DNA from: Candidatus Saccharimonadota bacterium
Lineage (GTDB): Bacteria > Patescibacteriota > Gracilibacteria > UBA1369 > 2-02-FULL-48-14
Length of the DNA stretch: 32,000 nucleotides
Reading direction: 5' to 3'
Assembly: GCA_041661045.1 (NCBI GenBank)
Contig: JBAZVE010000001.1
Location: forward strand, 1,110,001 to 1,142,000
This document shows positions 22,118 to 29,870 of the stretch, piece by piece; positions within the stretch are counted from its first letter, which is position 1, and each line of letters starts with the position of its first letter. The notes beneath the pieces are model-generated. The model saw only the letters and a program-made list of their open reading frames with translations. It was not told the origin of the DNA and searched no databases. Made by a program: the position numbers and the translations under genes.

Positions 22118-23440
22118 AAGCGGTTTGGCAAAAGGGCCGGTGGGGGTGTCTTCCACTTCAATGTTTTGGGCAGCAAGTTCTTCACGGAGGGAGTCGGAGC
22201 GGGGCCAGTCTTTGGATTGGCGGGCTTCTTCGCGGCTCTGGATGAGAGCGTTTTGCTCAGCGGTGAGCGTGAAATCGAGGGGGAAAATGTTGAGGACTTG
22301 GTTGATCCGTTCGAGGGTGCCTTGGATGTTTTTGGTGGCGGTGGGCATCCACTCAAAAAGCATCGCGAGGGCGCCGGCGCTGTCGAAATCGTTTTCCAAT
22401 TTTTCTGTGAAGGCGGTGAGGAGTTCGGTATCCACTTCATTGTCTTTTTCGTGCGTCCCATCTAGGTGGCGGAGGGTGAATTCATCCAACCGTTTGAGTG
22501 TGTTTTTGGCTTGCTCCAGGCTTTCGAGGCTGTATTCGATGGGGGAGCGGTAGTGCGTTCCAAGCAAGAAGAAACGAACCACACGAGGGTGCACTTCTTT
22601 AAAGATTTCTTTGAGGGTGAAAAAATTTCCAAGGGATTTGCTCATTTTCTCTTCGTTCACGGTGATGTAGCCGTTGTGCATCCAAATATCGGCCAAGGGT
22701 TTTCCGGAGGCCGCTTCACTTTGAGCAATTTCACATTCATGGTGAGGAAATTTGAGGTCCAGGCCGCCCCCATGGATATCAAAAGATTCCCCGAGGAGCT
22801 CTGAACTCATGGCGCTGCACTCGATGTGCCATCCGGGGCGGCCGTCTCCCCAAGGGCTCGCCCAAAAGGGCTCGCCCTCTTTTTTGAATTTCCACAGCAC
22901 AAAGTCTTGATGATTTCTTTTATCGGTTCGTTCTTCCACTCGCGCGCCGGCATTCAATTCATCGAGGTTTTGGTGGGAGAGCTTTCCATATTCCGGAAAA
23001 GTTTTGATGTCGAAATAAATGCCATCCGAAAGCTCGTACGAGTGGCCTTTTTCTTCGAGTTTTTTAATCAAGTTGATCATGGGCTCCACAAATTCGGTGG
23101 CTCTGGGATTGTGGGTGGGGGCTTTGACCCCAAGCGCGGCGTAATCGGCCTTGTACTCGGGGATGATTTTTTCGGCGAGCTGGTCCACCGTGATTCCCTC
23201 TTTGGCGGCCCTGGTGATCATTTTGTCCTCAATATCGGTGGTGTTGAAGGTGAAAACCACTTCAAATCCTGAGAATTCCAAGAAACGGCGCACCAGATCA
23301 AAGGCCACGGCGCTGCGACCATGCCCCAAATGTGCAAAATCGTAAACGGTTGGGCCACAGACATACATTTTAATTTCTTCCCCCGGCTTTTTATTGAAAG
23401 GGACTTTTTGCCCTTTGAGGCTGTCGTAAATTTGAATCAT
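22112..23440 (-). CDS. cysS: Cysteine--tRNA ligase
   Basis: [19 protein letters not shown] is the HIGH region. [23 protein letters not shown] is also present, and KMSKSLGN is the KMSKS motif. Its ATG overlaps the yggT stop (ATGA at 23440-23437). Confidence 0.95.
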   Translation of the reverse strand: MIQIYDSLKGQKVPFNKKPGEEIKMYVCGPTVYDFAHLGHGRSAVAFDLVRRFLEFSGFEVVFTFNTTDIEDKMITRAAKEGITVDQLAEKIIPEYKADYAALGVKAPTHNPRATEFVEPMINLIKKLEEKGHSYELSDGIYFDIKTFPEYGKLSHQNLDELNAGARVEERTDKRNHQDFVLWKFKKEGEPFWASPWGDGRPGWHIECSAMSSELLGESFDIHGGGLDLKFPHHECEIAQSEAASGKPLADIWMHNGYITVNEEKMSKSLGNFFTLKEIFKEVHPRVVRFFLLGTHYRSPIEYSLESLEQAKNTLKRLDEFTLRHLDGTHEKDNEVDTELLTAFTEKLENDFDSAGALAMLFEWMPTATKNIQGTLERINQVLNIFPLDFTLTAEQNALIQSREEARQSKDWPRSDSLREELAAQNIEVEDTPTGPFAKPLL

Positions 23441-23694
23441 AGTGTGGAGTTGAGAAGATTGCGCAAGAGTTCAAGTAAAATGAGGGCCACCAATGGGGAG
23501 AGGTCCAAGACCCCCAAGCTTGGCAGGATTCTGCGGATGGGTCCCAAAATAGGCTCAGTGGTTTTAAAGAGGAGTTCGGTGAGGCCGTAGGCTTCGTGGT
23601 GGAACCAACTCAAAATCACCCTCAAGACGATGAGCACGGTGAGCAAATCTGCAAGGATATTGATGGTTTGTTGAAGGAAAGCCAAAGGATCCAC
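23437..23694 (-). CDS. yggT: YggT-family small membrane protein
   Basis: An 85-aa, two-TM protein with ..LIVLRVILSWF....PILGPIRRILPSLGVLDLSPLVALILLELL, the YggT pattern. Confidence 0.85.
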   Translation of the reverse strand: MDPLAFLQQTINILADLLTVLIVLRVILSWFHHEAYGLTELLFKTTEPILGPIRRILPSLGVLDLSPLVALILLELLRNLLNSTL

Positions 23695-23723
23695 GAGTAG
23701 AAGTTATTCTGCGGTGGATTGTA

Positions 23724-25919
23724 TCAGAAAGCTTTTTGAACTGCACGCTTTCGTATCACAACGGCGATGCTTGCACCCAAAAGGCTGATGAGGATGAGGC
23801 CGCTTTGTACGGGTCCTGTTTCCGGATTCTCTTTAATATTGCCTTCTTGTCCTGTTAGAAGAGGTTGAGTGTTTGTGTCATCGACGAGATCTTTATCATC
23901 CACCACTTTGGATAGAGAAGGAATGGCTTTCACCACCTCACTTCGTGGACCTTCAAGCCCCTCGGAATCCACGGCACTTACGGCAAAATAGTATTCTTCC
24001 CCTCCAGCCAGGTTCAAAATGGACCAATTGGTGGAGGCATCGTAGGTCTCGGAAATCGCATAAAGAGAGTTGCTATCCGGGCCGTAGTAGACTCGGTAAA
24101 AAGCGATGGGATTGCCACTTTCGGCGGCTTCCCAGCTGAGTAGAGCGGTTTCTATTGCACCGGTGACGCTGAGGCCGGTTACGGCTGCGATGCCGCTTTG
24201 ACCGGAGGGGGTTCCGCTTGTGCTTAGTGTTGAAAGGGTGAGTTCGTCGCGGTATTCCACCTCATTCCCAAGAACATCCATAAGAATGAGATCCACACTG
24301 AACTCGCCTTCGGTGCTTGGCAAAACCAAGTCGGCTTCATATTTACCGGCGGTGCTGCTTTCTTTGAGCTCAAAAATTTCCTCCTCAAGAATGATGGAAG
24401 CTTCTTCTAAGTTTTTTTCACTGAGCACCGTGACTTTAACAGTGTCTCCCGGCTTCAAATCTTCTTCGGGGTCGGTGCTGATGCTCACAATTTTGGGTGC
24501 CGTGGTGTCGATGGTGATTTTTTCACTGTCGGAAGTTTCAATCACTTCCAAAATTTCTTCTTCACCTTCTTCTCCTTCTCCCAATTCCACGATGTCCACA
24601 AACAAATCGTAGGTGCCATCTTCAATGTCTTCGACGGTAACGGTAAAGCTGTTGTCGAATTCAACCGGACTGCGAACCATTTCTTCTCCACTCAAGTACA
24701 CCACTGCGGTGAGCCCATATTCCGCCTCTCCTTGTACTTCTATGGAATCACTGGAGTAGGATCCGGCAGCGGGGCTAATGAGGGTAAAAGATCCTTCTCG
24801 CTCAAAATCGGTGCTTTCAAAATCTCCTTCATAGTCGGTTCCGCTGGCTTCGGTGGTCACCACCGTGGTTTGAGTCTCTCCTCTCAGACTGAATTCATCC
24901 AAATCCGTGACACTGAGGGCTTGATCCCCCGGAGTCACAAATTTTACAGCAAGGCTGAAGGAATGTGCGCCCTGATCTTCCGCCAGGAAGGTGTAATCCC
25001 CCGGAAGCGTTGCGCTGTCATCGGTGGAGGAAAATCGAATGGTTCCGGTGTAGTCTTGCACGGTGTCCCCATTTCCGTCTATGGCGGAAACCGTTACCGT
25101 CTCCGCATCACCCACGGTGGTGCTTGCGCCCAATCCTTCGATTAAAAATGCATCCACTTCACCGCTTTCAGCCGCAAGAAAGACACTGTCTTCGTGTCCT
25201 CCGACGGCCGTATAGTCACTTATTTCGCTTCCTGAGAAGGCCACTTTCTCGTCTACAAAAATAGTCTTGTTGATGCTGGAGTCGAAGAGAGTGAACTCAT
25301 AAATTCCCTGTGCGGTGCTTGAGACAAAGAATTTCATTTCTCCTCTTTCATCACTCACAAAGTTTGGGCTGTAAGCCGTAACGCCGGCTTGTTTTGGAAT
25401 CACTTTGAGCACATGCCCATCAATAGCGTTTCCATAGTCATCTTTTAGGCTTACGGTCATCTCCAAAGATTCTCCCAAGGAAGCGGACTGCTTGTTCCAC
25501 GCCACGCTTGTTTTTGTATCTGAAACGGTGGAGGGGAAGACTTCAAAATCCACGGCGGTTCCATAAGTTTCTCCGGAGAGTGCTTCTCGTGCGGCAACTT
25601 GATAGATTCCTGCTCTTCGAAGGTGGTACTCTGAAATCATCAGGGTGGCGGCTCCGCTTGCATCTGCGGTTTCTTCCAAAAGGAGTACGGTTCCATCCGG
25701 TTTCTTGAGGGCGAGTTCCATGGTTTCATAGCCGGTTCCTTTCAAATGGATCTCTTGAGAAAAACCCGCCAGGGTGTCTGTTATTGATGAAATAGTGATG
25801 TCGCTGTTCCCTTTTGAACCCGCGTTGGTCAAAAATGGACTCGAAAGAAGCGTCAGCACCAGTGCCGCGACCAAAAGAAAGCGTGTTTTCTGTAATCCTT
25901 TTAAGAACAGGGTAGCCAT
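23724..25919 (-). CDS. Large secreted surface protein (Ig-like repeats, FN3 domain) with C-terminal sortase-type sorting signal
   Basis: The ATG at 25919 gives MATLFLKGLQKTRFLLVAALVLTLLSSPFLTNAGS, a signal peptide; the track start at 26015 adds 32 implausible residues. It is beta-rich and repetitive, with an acidic EGEEGEEE linker. An FN3-like segment reads VTGLSVTGAIETALLSWEAAESGNPIAFYRVYYG..YYFAVSAVDSEGLEG. The C-terminus is NPETG (23814-23828), a hydrophobic helix, then RKRAVQKAF. Confidence 0.85.
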   Translation of the reverse strand: MATLFLKGLQKTRFLLVAALVLTLLSSPFLTNAGSKGNSDITISSITDTLAGFSQEIHLKGTGYETMELALKKPDGTVLLLEETADASGAATLMISEYHLRRAGIYQVAAREALSGETYGTAVDFEVFPSTVSDTKTSVAWNKQSASLGESLEMTVSLKDDYGNAIDGHVLKVIPKQAGVTAYSPNFVSDERGEMKFFVSSTAQGIYEFTLFDSSINKTIFVDEKVAFSGSEISDYTAVGGHEDSVFLAAESGEVDAFLIEGLGASTTVGDAETVTVSAIDGNGDTVQDYTGTIRFSSTDDSATLPGDYTFLAEDQGAHSFSLAVKFVTPGDQALSVTDLDEFSLRGETQTTVVTTEASGTDYEGDFESTDFEREGSFTLISPAAGSYSSDSIEVQGEAEYGLTAVVYLSGEEMVRSPVEFDNSFTVTVEDIEDGTYDLFVDIVELGEGEEGEEEILEVIETSDSEKITIDTTAPKIVSISTDPEEDLKPGDTVKVTVLSEKNLEEASIILEEEIFELKESSTAGKYEADLVLPSTEGEFSVDLILMDVLGNEVEYRDELTLSTLSTSGTPSGQSGIAAVTGLSVTGAIETALLSWEAAESGNPIAFYRVYYGPDSNSLYAISETYDASTNWSILNLAGGEEYYFAVSAVDSEGLEGPRSEVVKAIPSLSKVVDDKDLVDDTNTQPLLTGQEGNIKENPETGPVQSGLILISLLGASIAVVIRKRAVQKAF

Positions 25920-25949
25920 ACCGTGGTTTGTTTTTATTTTTATCTTGTC

Positions 25950-25958
25950 ATTATAGCA
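25950..25958 (-). promoter_or_regulatory. Extended -10 candidate (TGCTATAAT) for the surface-protein gene
   Basis: The minus strand reads TGCTATAAT 30 nt upstream of the ATG at 25919. Confidence 0.45.
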
Positions 25959-25988
25959 GATTTTGGGGTGGAGAACAAGATGCCCGTC

Positions 25989-25997
25989 TGCTAGACT
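25989..25997 (+). promoter_or_regulatory. Extended -10 candidate (TGCTAGACT) for the PKD-7TM / ligase-peptidase operon
   Basis: TGnTAGACT lies 22 nt upstream of the ATG at 26020. Confidence 0.35.
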
Positions 25998-26019
25998 GAC
26001 AGCATCCCAATCCACCTTT

Positions 26020-27519
26020 ATGTTTAAAGTTTTTTTTCTTGCCCTTTTCTCCGCTTTTTTGTGGGGGAATTCTGTGCTCGCCGTGGAGCTTCCGGAGGAG
26101 GCTGCCGCTCAAGTTGAATCTGAAATTTATGCCGAAATTGATTCGGTGGACAGTATTGGGGTGGATCGCAACATTATTTTTAGCGGGGCTTCTTCCGAGT
26201 CTATCTCGGATGGGGCTTTGCGTTTTGAATGGCACTTTGGGGATGGAAATCGGCAAGAGGGAAGTGAAGTGGTGCATTCTTATGCTCAAGCCGGTGAGTA
26301 CGCGGTAACGCTTACGGTTCGAGATCCTGAGGGGCGAGAAGCTTCGGTTTCTAAAACGATTTTTGCTTTTAGTAAGTCTTTTGTTTTGGTGAGCACGGTG
26401 ACCGATGAAGACGAAAAACTATTGGGCTTGGTGACCACTGCTCGAGAACAAGGTATTTATATCGATCTGCTCAGTGCCAGTACGCACTCCGGATTTTTGG
26501 AAGAAGAGGAACTTCGTCGCCAACTTTTAGAGAAAATCTCTTCTTTGGAAAATACGGAAGACTTATTGATTTACACCTCCGGGACTTCAGGACTCACGGT
26601 ACTCTCCCAGCTCCAGGAAAGTTTGGGGGATGAGGCACCTTTTAAGGGCAAGAATGTTATTTTTATCTCGGAGCACAGTCTTGGTGCCATGGAAAACATT
26701 GCGAGGGGGGTCTACAGCACCATTCAATCTCAACAAATTGTGCTCACACGGCCAGAGGCCTTGTGGGTTCTTTTGGAAGCGGAAAATGTGCTTGAGTTGA
26801 CGCAAATTTTGGAGGAACGGGGCATTGAATACACAGTGGTGGATAAACACCTGGAAATTCGCCCGTGGAATTTCCTATCGGTTTTGGTGAACAATATGTT
26901 GAGCCACGGAGTTCCCACGAACACCATCCTTTTGGTTTTGATGCTGCCCATTATTGCCACGGTGATTGCTTTTATGAAGCAAGTGGTGGGGCTCAATACT
27001 CTTGGAATTTATACGCCGTCTATTCTTTCTCTTTCCTTCATTGCCCTCAATTTATGGTACGGCCTTTTGGTTTTTGTGATTTTGTTTTTGGTGGCCAGTT
27101 TGGCTCGTTCTCTTTTGCATCGGTATCGCCTTTTGTATATTCCCAGAATGGCGATTATTCTCTCCATCTCCAGTTTTGCCATTCTTTTGGTGCTTTTCCT
27201 TGGATCTTTGTTCGATCAAAAAATAGATCAACTGGCCATTTTCCCCATTCTTATTATGGCGACCATGGTGGAAAAATTTGTCACTATTCAAAGTGATAAG
27301 GGTATGAAAAATGCCATGCGCATCGGGGGTGAAGTTCTGCTTGTGGCCATGCTTTGTTCTTTGGTGGCGCAGTGGAATATCTTGGAAATCTGGGTTTTGG
27401 GTCATCCCGAATTGGTGCTGCTTTGTCTGCCTTTCAACCTTTTCTTGGCGCGATGGGCGGGTCTTCGTTTGGTTGAGTACATTCGTTTTAGGGAAATTAT
27501 TCATCACATTGAAGAATAA
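26020..27519 (+). CDS. Signal peptide + PKD domain + 7TM module of the type usually fused to an inactive transglutaminase
   Basis: The ATG at 26020 gives MFKVFFLALFSAFLWGNSVLA. The PKD signature is FEWHFGDGNRQEGSEVVHSYAQAGEYAVTLTVRD. About 190 aa are unassigned. Seven hydrophobic helices run from about residue 320, with VVGLNTLGIYTPSILSLSF, FPILIMATMVEKF and the terminal ARWAGLRLVEYIRFREIIHHIEE. These match my memory of the 7TM_transglut family. Confidence 0.85.
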   Translation: MFKVFFLALFSAFLWGNSVLAVELPEEAAAQVESEIYAEIDSVDSIGVDRNIIFSGASSESISDGALRFEWHFGDGNRQEGSEVVHSYAQAGEYAVTLTVRDPEGREASVSKTIFAFSKSFVLVSTVTDEDEKLLGLVTTAREQGIYIDLLSASTHSGFLEEEELRRQLLEKISSLENTEDLLIYTSGTSGLTVLSQLQESLGDEAPFKGKNVIFISEHSLGAMENIARGVYSTIQSQQIVLTRPEALWVLLEAENVLELTQILEERGIEYTVVDKHLEIRPWNFLSVLVNNMLSHGVPTNTILLVLMLPIIATVIAFMKQVVGLNTLGIYTPSILSLSFIALNLWYGLLVFVILFLVASLARSLLHRYRLLYIPRMAIILSISSFAILLVLFLGSLFDQKIDQLAIFPILIMATMVEKFVTIQSDKGMKNAMRIGGEVLLVAMLCSLVAQWNILEIWVLGHPELVLLCLPFNLFLARWAGLRLVEYIRFREIIHHIEE

Positions 27520-29864
27520 TGCTTTTCAAAAATCATGGGATCTTGGGCATGAATGCCCGGAACCTCCTCTATGTCCGTCCATTCAACAAAAAAAAGGCCA
27601 TTCGTTTGGCGGATGATAAGTTGAAGACCAAGCATTTTCTTTCTGCCAGAGGCATCCCCGTTCCAAGACTTTACGGAGTGATTCGATCGGTATCGGAGCT
27701 TGAGGAATTTAATTTCTCCACGCTCCCCAAAAGTTTTGTGCTCAAGCCCAATCTTGGGTTTGGTGGGGAAGGGATTATTCCTATTGTGGACAACAAGGGC
27801 TCTTCCTTTGTGAAGAGCAGTGGAAGCTTGATAGAGGAAGATGAACTGCGGGAGCACATTAGTGATATTTTAGAGGGACGGTTCAGTATTTCTGAGCTTC
27901 AGGATACTGCTTTTTTTGAGCAACTTATTATTTGTGATCCTCGGCTCGCGCAATTTTGTTATAAAGGAATTCCGGATATTCGGATTTTGGTTCACAATTT
28001 GGTCCCCGTGATGGCGATGCTTCGCTTGCCCACGCGGGAGTCTGACGGGAAGGCTAATTTGCACCAAGGTGCGGTTGGGGTGGGCGTTGATATTGCCAAG
28101 GGAACCGCTACGCACACGGTATATAAAGGAAAAATTGTGGATGAAATTCCGGGTGCGGGGTCTATTCGTGGCTTTGTTATTCCGTATTGGGATGAGCTTT
28201 TGCTTATTGCCTCCCGCATTCAGTTGGCCACCAATTTGGGGTACTGTGCCGTGGATCTTTCTTTGGACCGGAATGCCGGACCGATGCTGCTTGAAATCAA
28301 TGCTCACGCCGGCTTGGGTCTTCAAATTGCCAACTTGGCTCCTTTGCGTAAACGCCTGGAAAAAGTGCATGGCATTCAAGTGAGCAGTCCTGAAAAAGGA
28401 GTGCGTATCGCTCAAGAAATTTTTGGACACAAGGTGACAAAGGAGGTGAAAGAGAGCCGAGAAGTGATTGGGAATGAAGAGGAGATTAAAATCATTGCTC
28501 CGCAGGAAGTGCGCCATGTTTGGGCTTCCATCAATCCTCTTTTGGAAAGCAGTGTAGTGGATGAGGAGCTTGCAAAAGACTTGGGGCTTGTGGAAAAAAC
28601 TGAACTGGGGCAGTTGAAAATGAAGATCTCTTTGGGTAAAAAACGCATCCAAACGCTGGCGTATACGGACGATTTTTCCAAGAAAAATTATGGAATGCTC
28701 ATTGGACGGCGAGATCTCAGCGGGTTTTTGATTGACCCCATGAAAGGAAAAACCAAACTGCTTCAACGGCCCCTCTTGCCTGAGCTGAGTTCCACTCCTT
28801 TTGCTCAAGTGGACCTTGAATTGGCCGAGATGGATTCTAAACTTAAGCTTTTGTCTCAACTCAAGCCCACCAATCTCAAAGAAGAGAAAGAAAAATTCTT
28901 AAAGGATACTTCTTATGAGCCGCAGTTTGAGTACCGTGACCTCTCTTTTGATGCGCTTGCATTCAAGCTGCAGCTCAAGAAAATTGAGCTCACTTGTGCC
29001 GGCGGGGAACTTGGAGAACTCTTTTTGAGAAAGGCTGAAGAGCTGCACAAGAAAATATTGCTTTTGGAGGCTCGTGGGGGAGATTTGCTCACGGAACGGA
29101 GTATCGATTTGTATGGCAAGCCCACGCCAGATCTTTTGGATAGAGCCAGGGAGAAACTGAAGTTCAAGCCTGAGCAATTTGAGGAGCCCAAAAAATGGTT
29201 TTCAGTTGCGGAGGCCAGTATTGAATTTGAAAGGGTATTCCGTGAATACGGGCTTTCACATTGGCGGATCAAGGTGAATCGGCACATGGTGAGCGCGTGT
29301 TCTGCAGGGAAGGAATCCACACTTTTCATACGGGAGGGTGCACTTTTTTCTGAGGAAAATTTGAGGATGCTTTTGGCTCATGAAATTGAGACCCATGTGC
29401 TCACGGCGGAGAATGGAAAGGCGCAGAATTACCGTTTGTTCAACAGGGGTTTTGGCAACTTTTTGGAGACTCAGGAAGGTTTGGCCATTTGGAATCAAGA
29501 GCAGGTGTGTTTGCATGAAACTGAAAAGAAATATCGCAGCGCTACACTCATTTTTATTGTGGACTATGCCCTTAAACATTCTTTTGCAGAAACTTATGAT
29601 TATTGTCTCAAGCTTGGTATGAGTGAAGACCGCGCCTTGCAAACTTCTCTTAAAGTGAAACGGGGGCTCGGGGATAGTTCCCAGCCGGGAGCTTTTACAA
29701 AAGATTTATTGTATTTTTCCGGTTACCTGCAAGTTGAAGATTTTGTTAAAAATGGAGGAGATCTTAAGGATCTTTATTATGGAAAATACAATCTCAGAGA
29801 TCTGGCGCTTATTAAAAAAATTCCCGGTCTCAAGGCGCCTCGAATCTTGCCCCACTTTCTTTAG
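27519..29864 (+). CDS. Fusion protein: RimK-related ATP-grasp (alpha-L-glutamate ligase-like) + DUF1704/MATCAP-type HExxxH metallopeptidase (QEGLA motif)
   Basis: The ATG overlaps the upstream TAA (TAATG at 27517-27521). The N-terminal ~300 aa reads GILGMNARNLLYV..LADDKLKTKHFL..GIPVP..GIPDIRILVHNLVPVMAMLRLPTRESDGKANLHQGAVGVGVDI..MLLEINAHAGLGLQIAN. The C-terminal ~350 aa reads LKPTNLKEEKEKFL..YEPQFEYR.., with HEIETH at 29379-29396 and QEGLA at 29472-29486. It is a single uninterrupted 781-codon ORF. Confidence 0.9.
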   Translation: MLFKNHGILGMNARNLLYVRPFNKKKAIRLADDKLKTKHFLSARGIPVPRLYGVIRSVSELEEFNFSTLPKSFVLKPNLGFGGEGIIPIVDNKGSSFVKSSGSLIEEDELREHISDILEGRFSISELQDTAFFEQLIICDPRLAQFCYKGIPDIRILVHNLVPVMAMLRLPTRESDGKANLHQGAVGVGVDIAKGTATHTVYKGKIVDEIPGAGSIRGFVIPYWDELLLIASRIQLATNLGYCAVDLSLDRNAGPMLLEINAHAGLGLQIANLAPLRKRLEKVHGIQVSSPEKGVRIAQEIFGHKVTKEVKESREVIGNEEEIKIIAPQEVRHVWASINPLLESSVVDEELAKDLGLVEKTELGQLKMKISLGKKRIQTLAYTDDFSKKNYGMLIGRRDLSGFLIDPMKGKTKLLQRPLLPELSSTPFAQVDLELAEMDSKLKLLSQLKPTNLKEEKEKFLKDTSYEPQFEYRDLSFDALAFKLQLKKIELTCAGGELGELFLRKAEELHKKILLLEARGGDLLTERSIDLYGKPTPDLLDRAREKLKFKPEQFEEPKKWFSVAEASIEFERVFREYGLSHWRIKVNRHMVSACSAGKESTLFIREGALFSEENLRMLLAHEIETHVLTAENGKAQNYRLFNRGFGNFLETQEGLAIWNQEQVCLHETEKKYRSATLIFIVDYALKHSFAETYDYCLKLGMSEDRALQTSLKVKRGLGDSSQPGAFTKDLLYFSGYLQVEDFVKNGGDLKDLYYGKYNLRDLALIKKIPGLKAPRILPHFL

Positions 29865-29870
29865 GAGCTC

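Noticed and set aside
21982-22553. ORFs 21982..22461 (-) and 22095..22553 (+) at the murC/cysS junction.
   Set aside because: They are out of frame with, or antisense to, murC and cysS, which together account for every base here. Their translations are Ser/Pro/Lys-rich shadows.
25920-26019. 5' extensions offered by the ORF track: 26015 for the surface protein and 25963 for the PKD-7TM gene. Similar extensions occur at 4049, 5361, 1947, 10388 and 3414.
   Set aside because: The extensions add non-signal-peptide residues ahead of obvious signal peptides or conserved N-termini. They overlap neighbouring genes, tRNAs or promoter candidates, and several use TTG or GTG. Internal ATGs give canonical N-termini.
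27870-28859. 329-aa minus-strand ORF, and the other antisense ORFs between 27052 and 29642.
   Set aside because: They are antisense to the 7TM gene and the ATP-grasp/DUF1704 gene, both fixed by strong family motifs.
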